Positions 29,333 to 40,239 of a stretch of 64,000 bases of DNA are shown in pieces. Source of the stretch: Eledone cirrhosa (taxonomy: Eukaryota); the NCBI GenBank assembly GCA_964016885.1, contig OZ024740.1:2728001-2792000 (forward strand). Direction: 5' to 3'. The stretch's first letter is position 1, and each line of letters opens with the position of its first letter. The notes under the pieces are model-generated. The model did no database searches. It worked only from the letters and a program-made list of their open reading frames with translations, and had not been told where the DNA came from. The position numbers and the translations under genes were made by a program.

Positions 29333-29430
29333 AATATTCGTTCTAGTTGAAATTCCATGCATACCGACGTTACCTTTTATCCGTTTGAGATCAATAAGTA
29401 AAATACCAGCCATGTACTTGGGTCGATTCT
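29333..29430 (+). mobile_element. Body of a tRNA-derived SINE (degenerate B box plus 3' core) fused to the end of the satellite
   Basis: cgttct-agttgaaattcc...gacgttaccttttatccgtttgagatcaataagtaaaataccagccatgtacttggg aligns with the SINE copies at 45568-45752 and 46177-46354 (cg[t/g]tctgagttcaaatcc...gactttacctttcatccttacggggtcgataaaataaagtaccagtaatgcactggg). Confidence 0.85.
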
Positions 29431-29884
29431 TCCCCTATATCTCTTTTTCCACTTACTCTCTATCTCTCCTTCTCTGGAAAAACCTGAAAACGGTATGTGC
29501 TCTGTCAGGCTTACGGGATTTTTAGGTTCACACACACACATTTCTTTTTACTGCATTAATTCATTTCATTATGAGGAGCTAATGACAGAGCTTCTGTATC
29601 ACTTGACCTGCTAGAAATAGCAGCTATATATCCATATTGTCCCTTTCTGTGTTAGGTTGAATCTCCTTGAGAACTACGTAAAGGGTACACGTGTCTGTGG
29701 AATCCTCAGCCACTTGCAGGTTAATTTTACGAGCAGGCCGTTTCGTTCCTCGTATCAACTTGAACATTCGTCGTCGTATCTGAGTGTTATTAAATATTCT
29801 TTAGCACCAACTCACCCTACGATCTTAGAAAAAGGAAAAAAAGAACCCAGGATTCCTTATGGAGTCGTAAGGATGTTGTCGTGA

Positions 29885-30440
29885 TACATGGCGTGGTGTG
29901 GCCATTTAGCCATTCCATGTCCAGATCTGATCACAGCGGATATCTTCCAGAAAAGGAGAGAATTCGAAAGGAAGATAAGCAAATACGGGAGCCTGTCCGG
30001 CCACTTCCTCTTTTCACTGATCGCCGTCAAGATTTCAGACGTACTCAGACCCCCGACAGCTGACTTCCTCCATAAAATCGGAATGTTAGCAGCCAGCCTG
30101 AGAAATGAGCCCCGCCAGGTGAGGTGGCTGTTGCAGCGGCATTCGCTGGTAATTGTACTTGGCAATGTCTTCGCCATTTTGTCTGCAAGGCGCAGCCGAA
30201 ACACCACTCCGACTTAGGGGTAGAGTTTGTTACCCTCTCCACTTTCTTCTTTCTTTCTTCTGTGGCCCTCTCCCAATAGTCTTTGCCACTTTACTCCTTT
30301 TCTTCTCATTTATGGCATTTATAGTCTTTTCCTCTACTTTCCCATAGAGCCAGATCTGCACTTCTTTACACTTGCCTTTTGTTTCATTACTTGTTTTTAT
30401 CCTTTTTTTACTATTTTCCCTACAAACAGGTATTAAATTC
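29885..30440 (+). mobile_element. 3' fragment of a CRE-clade non-LTR retrotransposon (C-terminal part of the restriction-like endonuclease plus pyrimidine-rich 3' UTR)
   Basis: ORF 29888-30217 reads RKISKYGSLSGHFLFSLIAV...FLHKIG...EPRQVRWLLQRHSLVIVLGNVFAIL. It is homologous to the fragment at 43918-44537. Confidence 0.75.
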
Positions 30441-30577
30441 AAATATTCTAACCATCCTAAAACTAAAAAGCCCAGTTGAGGACACAAATAAATTGCTACG
30501 GTTGTCGCTGGTGAGGCCTCCACTGCAGAGGGCCCGGGGCAATTGTCCCCATTGAACCTGGCCCTGATTGACAGTAA

Positions 30578-30680
30578 TTCTATTTATTGACCTCGAAAGA
30601 AAGAAAAACAAAGTTGACTTCGACAGAATCTGAACACAAATTAGTCAGCTGGAATAGGTACCAAGACATCTAAAGCAACT
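30578..30680 (-). mobile_element. Degenerate SINE fragment
   Basis: tatttattgacctcgaaagaaagaaaaacaaagttgacttcgacagaatctgaac matches the reverse complement of the SINE core and B box. Confidence 0.6.
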
Positions 30681-30789
30681 GCCATCATTTACTAAATAGA
30701 CAACCCATCCTTTCAAAATATAATGAGAACCATTGACGACTTATGAACATATGTATCATTTACTAAGTAGACAACCCATTCTTTCAAAA

Positions 30790-32060
30790 TATCAGTAACT
30801 ATCGACTACCCTTCCAAACACCCAAACAATAGACTACCAGTATTAGACAAGAACTTTAGCTAAACACTATATACAAGAAAACTCAAATTCTCCACTCACA
30901 TTATGCTAAACCCATGGCCTCCAAATACCTGATACACAAAAAACTCAGCGATGTCCAATAGTGTTAAGTTTAATATTCTGATCGCAGGCTTGGTAAGAGT
31001 GATTAAGAATGTGTCCCGCATGTGCGATCCAACTGAACTGGAGAGACACGTACAATACTTAATCAATCGCATGCAGTTCTCTGGCTACAACTAAATAGAT
31101 GGAATCAGGGTATACAAAGGAGCCATGGAGAAATATAATACCCTCATAGAGATGGACATGAAAGGAATTTGCCAATTACACAGGAGCAAATTATGGAATA
31201 GCTTAGATAGGACTAAACAAAATATAGGAGAGCCACTTCATAGTACGACAACCAGAGATACCAGAGTGTCATGATCGTGGATCCAAAACGCTGGAGGGGA
31301 ATTAGCTAACCAATGTAGAAAGACCCTAAGAAATACCTATTTAAAGATTAAAGTAGTAGAAAAGCCAGGAGCTACCATAAATCCCTGATCAGCAAAACTT
31401 ATCCCTTTAAGAAAACCCTCTGTACTAATAAGAAATGTGTTATATGTAAAATAAATCCACAAATAAATTGTAAAACTAGAAATGAAGCGTGCAGAAACAT
31501 GACAATGATATACATAGGAGAGACAGCCCAAAGCACAGGGGAGAAAATAGACCAATACTGGGGGAACTAAAAGGATAAAAAGACAGTTCGGTACTATATG
31601 AACACACCAGACTAAAACAAGATAGTAATGTAGACTACATAGAAATTAAAATAATATCTAAACATAGAAATGACTCAACAAGTAGACAAATTAGGGAAGG
31701 AACTGAAATAGAATTAAGAAAACCGAAGTTGAATAGAAAATGTGAATGGAATAACAACAACAACAACCATACACAAACACACAATACTGACCTAAGGTAA
31801 ATATAAATAAATATACACAGGTACAATAACAACACCCACACATGAACACACCTAGTGACCAAAGATAGAATACAAACACACACAAACTCAGACACATGAA
31901 CACACATCAAACAGAAAACACACACACAAACAGAGACAACAATAAATAAATAAATAAAATAGAATAAGAAAACATTACAACAATACAACGGGAGGAAAAA
32001 TAATAGTATCACTGATGATGTCACAAGTGTGTGACGAAAGAACTCTGAGAGACTATATTT
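30790..32060 (+). mobile_element. Decayed, 5'-truncated Penelope-like element (RT thumb, GIY-YIG endonuclease, 3' hammerhead motif)
   Basis: Manual translation gives IDYPSKHPNNRLPVLD, HYAKPMASKYLIHK, RMQFSGY, KIKVVEKPG, IYIGETA (about 31508) and IREGTEIELRKPKLNRKCEW (about 31690). These are broken by stops and frameshifts. Confidence 0.75.
32003..32056 (+). ncRNA. Minimal type I hammerhead ribozyme motif
   Basis: atagtatca-CTGATGA-t-gtcac aagtgt gtgac-GAAA-gaac-TC-tgagagactat. The core boxes are intact, stem II has 5 bp, stem III is very short, and stem I is tca/tga plus atagt/actat. Confidence 0.75.
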
Positions 32061-32481
32061 ATATCTATATTTTTTAACTGTTGGTCAAACAATCATAAAC
32101 ATTGATTGCCAACTAAATTAATTATAGAAATATAAAATATACTGAAGTGAAAACCAACCCAAAACAAACAGTGAGTGTGTTTTATTATATATTTCTGGTA
32201 ATATTATAACTACATGGCCCTTCCCAAATATAACAATAATTAAAGTATTTCATTTTGTTATGCATTATACTGCAAAGACACGTGATTTTATGAATTGATG
32301 GCCTTTAAATTCATTTTGTGGTTGGTTCTTTTAATAGAAAATGAAGGAAGTAAATGTTGAGGACATAAAGAATCATCTGATCCAGGGAATTACAGGGAAG
32401 TTAATGTCTTAATAAGATGATGATATATCAACACACTTTTATACAAGTTTTTAATAGTGTACACACATATGTACATATCAA

Positions 32482-33406
32482 TTATGTTGGTTTCTTCCCA
32501 GCTTGATAGCATACATTACCTAATTTAAACCAACCTGATTTATACAGTTGAAGCTGTGTTTTCGGTTTTTCTTTGTCAACATACATTCCGTATATGATTT
32601 TCTCCTCTGTACTCATAAGCTTCAGGGACAAAGCTTTCTTAACAAAGTTGAAATATTCTTGAGTAAATTTGTACAAAACATCATATTTGCCAAGGGAACA
32701 ACCACGACTTATTTTTATAAACAATATTTTTATAGGTTATATTCTTTATAAAACTAAATACATGGCTAAAAGCAACGCTAGAATCACTAAAATCTTTAGG
32801 TATTGCAAGTGTCATTTCAGAGCTATAATGGGGTAATCTGAAATATCCAATATCTAACCACATAAAGTATTTCGTGTGAAAATAGTTCTTTCTTATAATT
32901 CGGTTAAGTAACTCAAATTTTGCATGCACAGCACAAGAGTATTCTGGCAGAACTGTTTCGGGTTGATATTTTGGGTAACCAGGCTGACTAAATATATTAG
33001 AAATATTTTTTTTAATCTGAAATGACCACAATTCTTTCTTATCTATCAGAAATAACTTGCTTTGTTCTTTGGGAAATCTCCTCCTAAACTTTTGAAATGA
33101 CTTATATGTAGTTTCATCGTCAGTATAAAGAATTAAATTATTAGTGATGTTAGCAAATACAGACATCCATTTGTAATACATGTTGGGACTACGCACATTT
33201 CCACGAAATAACTTGTCAAAGGATCCTATATTAAAATATGCAGTCAATATTGTGATTTTATTGGAAAGTTTCATGGTGTTTTTTTGAAGATCTTTTTCAA
33301 AAGGCAGGATGTTTTCTTCGATTGAAGATATTTCTAAAGATGTTTTCTTAACATCTGGTGTCGTGATTGCTATTTTCAAGTTATCTACTACTTTCATCTG
33401 ATGATC
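32482..33406 (-). pseudogene. HtrL/YibB (WlaTC)-family putative glycosyltransferase-related protein, terminal coding exon, frameshifted near 32700
   Basis: Motifs TILTAYFNIG, YYKWM, NLILYTDD, PEYSCAVHAKFELL and NYFHTKYFMWLDIGYFR are present. The C-terminus (GCSLGKYDVL...LMSTEEKIIYGMY) continues in another frame to the stop at 32482. An in-frame splice acceptor tatttattttacag|GAT lies at 33407/33406. Confidence 0.75.
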
Positions 33407-33844
33407 CTGTAAAATAAATAATATAGAAGATTACATTAAGAGATGATATAATGAAAATATAATGCGAAATATTTCAGAGTGTCTTATTTCATACCATAGG
33501 AATGACAAAATATATTTAGAAAACAAAGAAATGAATAGCAAAATAATCATGAGACAAAGTAAATCATTTCGCATTAAACAAGCAAATCTTTTTAGCAAAT
33601 ATATCTGATCTGTATCAAAATGTATGACCCAATGAATTAAATCCAAGATTCCTATATAAGTCTTGATTTATAAAATAAACAAATTGAATTCCTGTATGAC
33701 GTACAAGCCGACTAAAAGAGTTGGCTTCATGAAGGGCATTTCCCTGTAAAACTTTATGTTAAAAACTCCCAGCATGGAGAAGTTGACGTAAAAATGATGA
33801 AAATGATGATAATGATGATGATATATAATGATATAAACCGTTCT

Positions 33845-34483
33845 ACACGCACTCGTCCAGTGTCCGTACATTACTGACTAGTGGGGTTATGTCGAACAGC
33901 TGTTGTTACGTGTAGAACGGATTCAGCTATCGGCCGAGTCCATAGTGAACATCGACCAACCGCCTTCTTTTGACCGAGGCGGGGGAGATGATTTTCTTCT
34001 GTGTGGTGGCGGTAGTAAAAGTGGTTGTGTGGTGGGCCAGGTTGAAAGGACTGAAGACACTTTTCTCTTCGGCCAATCCCTCAACAACTGTTTCAAGCTT
34101 CATTTGGAAAGGGAAGATGAGGGTGGAGAGAGAAGTGCTTTCTCCCCCCCCCCCCCGTACATTTGTTAAAAGGTGGGTGAATGTAGTAACAATGGCCCGT
34201 GTGAATGGGCCAAATCTGATCATGTGTCAGTAGGCTGGCTGATTTGAGGAGCAGAGGCGTACCCTTCCCGGGTGCCCATGAGGCGTCGGGTGGTTCAGCA
34301 TTGGTGAGGAACCTAAATCGCCCCTGGGTGATTAACCTGCTTTTGTGGAATCTTCATTGTTGTATTTTACTTGTTATTTTGTAATTGTTATTTATATACT
34401 TTTACATGTCATATTTGTAAAGCCTCACTTTCCCTGTCTATTGTATTGTCCCCTACATGTATGCCCTTTTCGCCAGTTAAGAA
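33845..34483 (+). mobile_element. 3' end of an L1/Tx1-like LINE (ORF2 C-terminus plus 3' UTR) ending in (TTA)n
   Basis: Frameshifted peptide HALVQCP...YVEQLL...VVWWARLKGL...KMRVEREVLS...FVKRW, then a T-rich UTR and the trinucleotide tract. The clade call is from recall. Confidence 0.55.

Positions 34484-34558
<75 letters not shown>
34484..34558. repeat. (ATT/TAA)n microsatellite shared by two tail-to-tail retrotransposons
   Basis: About 25 perfect units are visible. Confidence 0.98.
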
Positions 34559-34559
<1 letters not shown>

Positions 34560-37500
34560 CTTGAATCTCAGTCATTGATGTTAGTTAACTGGAAAGTCCG
34601 TTGGAATGAATATCAAGCCACTACCTGCAGCCTCAGATATTCAGGACGTATCGGAGGGTTCTTGCTGTTCCCAGCAAGCATGCCTTTTGAAGCGTTCAAA
34701 AAAGCGTGAAGGGGCCGATTTTCTTTAACCATCCCCGGAAACTTTTTGAGATAGTCCCCAGTGCGCCTATGACAATCGGGATCACTTTGACTTCATGGCA
34801 GTTCCAAATCCTTTTTACCTCCCACTTTAAGTCCTGGTATCAGTTAATTTTCTCCCTCTCCTTCTCTTGCACTCTCGTGTCGAATGGGCAGGCCACATCC
34901 ACAATCAGGCACGATCTTTTTTCTTTGTCCACAACCACCAGGTCAGGTCTATTGTGTTCCAGTTTCTTGTCCGTCTGTATCCTAAAATCCCACAGCACCT
35001 TCACCTGATCGTTCTCCATCACCGCCTCTGGCCTATGCTCATACCATTTCTCAGAATGTGGTAAATTGTTTACTTTGCACAGGTGCCAGTGGATCACCCT
35101 GCTCATCACATCATGTCTCCAGCCCTTATAGTGCGTCTGGGCTAGGTTTACACTCGGATACAATGTGAGCCACAGTCTCCTCTCTCTCTCCACAGATCCT
35201 TCACAGTGGGCTAGCCTCCTCCTTGTAAATATGGTGTTTCAACCACTTCGTTTTGAGGGCCTGCTCCTGCGCAGCCATTAACATTCCTTCTGTAGCCTTT
35301 TTGAGGTCTCCTCTTCTCAACCAGTTCCATGTCTGTGGATCTCTAAATTCAGTTTTCTCAAAGAAGGTACTATGAAGGGATTTTCCCTGAAGGCTGCTCT
35401 TTCTCCTTGATGTTATTTCCTCCTTGGACATGCCCTGGCCTACTGTCCCCTCCTTCAGTACAGTTCTGAGCATTGGCTCCTTACTATCAGTCACGTATTT
35501 GTATAGGTTGTTTTTCTCCATCTGAACACAGTCCTCTATGCTGATAAGACCTCTTCCACCCTCAGATCTCCTTAGGTAGAGTCTATCGACATCACTCCTC
35601 TTGTGGAACATGTTGTAGATAGTCAATAGCTTCCTAGTCTTCCTATCCATTTGTTTTTGTTCAGCAACATTCCATCTCAGAATTCCCGCACTGTACCTAA
35701 TAATAGACACAGCTCGGGAATTTACTGCACTTATGGCATTCCTAATGTTCAGATGTGACTTCAATACGCTCCTTACTCTCCGAATGTATTCAGTTCTTAA
35801 CAATTCCTTCATTTTTTTGTTCTTTATGCCATCAGCCTCCAGAACGCCCAAATACTTGTATCCTTCCTCAGAGTCAATTTCCTTTATCATCTCACCTGTT
35901 GGTATCTGGATTCCGTTACTTCTGCTCAACCTACCCCTCCTCATCACAATGACTCCACACTTACTAATACCAAACTGCATACATATATCACTGCTGAAAA
36001 TGCGGTCAGTGTCAACAAGCACATCCAACTCCTTCTCACTCTTCCCGAAGAGCTTAAGATCGTCCATGAAGAGGAGGTGATTGATGGTAAGCTCTCCCTT
36101 TCCCAACTTGTATCCTGCTCTCACTTTTCGCAGCATAATGGTCAAGGGCATCAAAGCAAGGACAAACAACAGAGGGGACAGGCTATCTCCCTGGAAGATA
36201 CCTCTCTTGATCTTCACGCTTCCCAAGGATTCTCCAGTTGATGTCAACTCTGTTTCCCAGGACCCCATACTCCTGCCCAGCAACTGTCTGATGTTATCTG
36301 CCACCTTGAAGATGTCCAGGCTTTTGGTGATCCAAGAGTGAGGCACCATGTCAAATGCCTTTCTGTAGTCTATCCATCTCATGGCAAGATCAGTGTGTCT
36401 CCTCCTGCAATTCCCCATTACCATCTTATCAATAAGTAACTGGTCCTTTGTACCACGTGACTTCTTTCGGCATCCTTTCTGTTCGTCCGGTAATAAGTTG
36501 TTTGTGTGGAGGTGATGGTAGATTTCCTCAGACACAATGCTCGTCAACAGTTTCCACATTACGGACAGACATGTGATAGGTCTATAGTTGGTAACATCAT
36601 TACCCTTGATTCGGTCTTTCATTATCAGAACTGTGGTACCTTTTGTCAACTACTCTGGCACCTCACCCGACACCAAGCAGTCATTGAACATGGCCGTCAG
36701 TTTCGGGTAGAGGGATGTTAAATTTTTAATCCAATACCCCTGCACACCATCTGGGCCTGGTGATTTCCAGTTGGTTAGTTTTTTTGCCTGCCCCTTAAGA
36801 GTTTCAACTGTGATACTCAAATCAGTTTGTTGGTGTGCCTGCTCACCGATCTCCCTCTGTACTGTCTCAATCCACCCTGCCTGGTCATTATGTCTAACAT
36901 CCTGTTCCCATATTCCTCTCCAGAATGTTTTAGTTTGTTCCGCCTCAGGGATCAAGTCGTTGCCTCTTTCTTTCCCCTCAAGCTGTCCAAACAGCATCTT
37001 CTGGTTGTTGTCGAACATGCGGTTCTGTTTATACTGACTGACTCTGTTCTCGTATCGCCTGATTTTTGCACTCTTTGCTACAATGCGTTGCTTCAGTTCC
37101 TCTATGATAATATTTAGCTTTTTCCTCCTAGTTTTGTACTTTATTTCCAGTCTATTTTTAGTGCCTATGTTTTTTAGTGTCCCATTCTGTAGTGACTCAA
37201 GCTTTCCTATGTCATTTCTCATTTCCTTGATTTGACCACTTAGTCGTTTCTTCCACCAAGGCTCTGCTCTTTCTTGTCTGTTGTTTCCTCTCGCTTTTAT
37301 ACCAAGTAGTTTCCTCACCGTATTTGCTGTTGCTTTGAGGATATTGTTGCACTGGTGAAGGCTCCTCGCCTCAAGGTATGGGATGACTTTGTTTACCTTA
37401 GCTGTTGTTTCTTTTAACTTTTTCCTGTCTACAAATCTTAGGTTCATAGGTCTCCCACTATCATTGTTCCACTCATCTACCACTAAATTTAGGATGTCAA

Positions 37501-38170
37501 CCGAATCTTGTCCCAGCCCGCCAGCATTCATCTCCTCAGTGGCCGTATCTCTGTTCCAGGTATTATTTATCTCAGTGTTCAGATCATTGTCTGCTTCGGG
37601 TGGTTCCTCCGTTCTCTCGACCTCTACACCTTCATTTCCTACTGGCTCGTTTGTCTGGCATAGTACACCCTCCATCTCCAAGCTATTCTCTCTGCTCAGT
37701 TCCTCCAGTTCCAGCTCGCTTATCCACCCATTAGTTCTTATTACCCGAGCCTGCCCGGCCAATTTTTGTTCATCTAATTTAAATAGACCAATCTCGTTCC
37801 AGATGTTATGCATCCGTCTCCTATAGCCCCTCTCCTTGGGGTTACTTTTCAGGTAACATTGCATAACAGTTCTATTCAATTCTTTCGTCCAGTTGGTTCT
37901 AGTCCCTTTCCTTCTTCTTCTTCCTCCGACATCAGCAGTATTTGGTTGACAGCCAGGTCCCTGCTGCTGAGCCAGGGAGCACCTGTTGGGTGAGAGTCTG
38001 TCACATGACGTTCTAGTCTCCATTTCACCGTTATTTGAACTGTTTAGGTTCGATATTTAAACACTCTTATCGAGGATTGGCGAATGTATGGTTACATAAC
38101 CATCTGTGGATTCACCGTCTCCGGTGGTTGCGTCGCTCCACTTGGCTCTTGTGTGGCATTATCACCACGC
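34559..38170 (-). mobile_element. Near full-length R4/Dong-clade non-LTR retrotransposon (RT, CCHC knuckle, RLE), inactivated
   Basis: One interrupted ORF runs from 38023 to 34633: [125 protein letters not shown]. Stops occur at about 36650, 35201 and 34840, plus a frameshift. The 3' end abuts (TAA)n. Confidence 0.92.
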
Positions 38171-39069
38171 TGTAGACGAACACAAATAAACAAACAAACA
38201 ATCAGGCAGAAAAAACCCCAAAAATGAATAAGCATAATTTTCATTGTAATGTAGTGTTCGAATGTCTGACTTAGATTTTCCCTTCTCTTCTCTGTCCGTC
38301 CGCTTGTTTCTCTCTTCATTCTTATTTTCTTTACGTTTTTTTTGTTTTTGTTTTTCTCTGTTTGTTTTTTTTTGTTGTTGCTGTGCTGCTTTGGTTTTGA
38401 TTTTTGTTTTTTTCTTTTGATTCTATCTATATATTTTGATGCCTTCCTCTTTTTTAATAGGAATTCTATAATGTGGTGGCAGTGCTGTGCTAGCAGCAAC
38501 TAGCAGGAAGCAATGGGAGAGAATAGCGGCGGTAGCGATACTGAGGCAGTGGTGGGGGTGATGTCGATACTGAGGCAGTGGTGGTGGTGATGTGATCGTA
38601 TTACTGTAGTGATGGTGTTGTAGCGGTGGTAGCAATGAAGGAGTGGTGGCGGCGGTGATGGGATAGTGGTAGTAATGATGGATGGGCGGCGGCGGCGGTG
38701 ACTGTAGTGATGGCGTTGTCGTTACTGATGTCCGTTCGGTGAATCTATGGGGTTAGTCGCGTACATGTGTTGACATAAATTCCCTTAATGTTGGAATTAA
38801 ACATTTTGTTAAAACTTGGGACAATAATAATAGTATTTATTATTATCATTATTATGTTGAGATTGGTTGTGGTGGTGGTGAAGTTGCCGTTATCTGGCTG
38901 TTGATTTTAGTGTACACAGAGAGGTGATGGGGTAGGTGGTGTATCTAGTTTCTGGTGTTGGTGAGATTGGTGTTGTTTGGCTGTTCTATATAGTGTAGAC
39001 AGAGGAGGGGGGGTTCTTCTTCTTCCATTTATAGCCATTTTCTTTTTTGAATATACAATGTACAATGTA

Positions 39070-39112
<43 letters not shown>

Positions 39113-39355
39113 GGCGACTTACGTAGGAAATCGTTATATCGTGAGCTCCTAAAAGTTTGTTGTTTTCAGTTGTTTCGAATTGCCAGTTGTGGAAAAATTT
39201 TGTTTTTAAGTGTTTATAAGTTAATCTGAAAAGGACACTCAATAATATTGGGGCCTTGAGCCCAAAATTTAAACTTTATTTTGTCAAAAAAGCAATTTTT
39301 TTAAAAAAAAGTATGGACGGCATTCGCCTACCCAAATCTAGCCAGCTGTCCCGTG

Positions 39356-39460
39356 ACAAACCACGGTTTTAAACCTTGCTACAGATGCTAACAAACCACG
39401 ATTGTAAACCTTGCTACAGGTGCTAACAAACCACGATTGTAAACCTTGCTACAGGTGCTA
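39356..39460 (+). repeat. 35-bp tandem repeat x3
   Basis: Unit acaaaccacgattgtaaaccttgctacaggtgcta. Confidence 0.9.
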
Positions 39461-39616
39461 AGACCGAACACATTTTCACTGGCGTCGGTAGCAGCAGTAG
39501 CCGTTATTTAGGTTTGCCACGTGCAGACATAGATTTCCCGCCGTTGCAGTGGCTACAGGTGTTAAAGCCGCCATCTCCACCCCACAATGTCGAAGAGTAC
39601 ATCCAACACCACTGAT

Positions 39617-39673
39617 ACCACCACCACCACCACCACCACCACCACCACCACCACCACCACCACCACCACCACC

Positions 39674-39713
<40 letters not shown>

Positions 39714-39792
39714 CCGAAACAAAAAATAATAATAACAACAATAACAATAACAATAACAACAGCAACAATAACAATAACAACACCAACACCAC
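39617..39792. repeat. Compound (ACC)n(ACA)n and AAT/AAC microsatellite within decayed ORF1
   Basis: Directly visible; it produces the homopolymer ORFs in the track. Confidence 0.95.
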
Positions 39793-40239
39793 CGCAAAAC
39801 CAAATGTGTCTTTTGCTAAAGTGACCAACAAAAACTAAACGATTGAGGTAAACCAGGAAGAATTGAATGAGACCTAGCGAATGGTGAACAAATATGGTTA
39901 CAGGGTCAGCGTCACCACCCATCCATTAAATACCATGGAACATTGGCGCCTATGTACTGTATCTTTTCGCACAATCAATACAAAAACACGCCGACTGGAG
40001 CGGGCTTTCGAGTCCCAGATCCAAAAAGCTTTGGGACATGTGTGGGCACAAAAAAACCCACATCAAACGTGAACAAAGATATGTAACTATGGACGTGTTC
40101 TTTGGAACCCCACAGGAAGCCAGAGAGCATTCCATGGCCCCATTAAAAAGTGACGAGTTAAAACTCGTCCCTAGCTGGTCAGAGGCTGGTAAGAATCAGG
40201 GTGACCCAGGATGAGGTTATTGTGGATTTTTTTAATGGG

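Larger units (their letters stand above)
38560..40200 (+). mobile_element. 5' part of a Tx1/L1-like element (upstream region, (ATT)n, decayed ORF1 start); paralog of 61218-64000
   Basis: Colinear with the reverse complement of about 62200-63690 (ggcgacttacgtaggaaatcgt; VSFAK...MVNKYGYRVS...RLCTVSFRTIN...ESQIQKALGHVWA). Confidence 0.75.

Noticed and set aside
29560-29830. Additional SINE-like fragments right of the satellite
   Set aside because: They resemble recalled dispersed repeats but have no second copy or clear boundary in this window.
33395-33410. CTGATGA as a hammerhead core (also at about 56745)
   Set aside because: There is no properly spaced stem II and GAAA, and both lie in protein-coding sequence.
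35201-35203. TGA at the first Cys of the R4 CCHC knuckle as selenocysteine or readthrough
   Set aside because: The same copy has TAG at a conserved Trp, other stops and a frameshift, so simple decay explains it.
35733-37993. Plus-strand ORFs antisense to the R4-like element
   Set aside because: These are shadow ORFs of the minus-strand coding sequence with no recognisable motifs.
39476-39922. Poly-amino-acid ORFs (also at 34345, 47338, 55052, 60785, 62974)
   Set aside because: They are translations of microsatellites.
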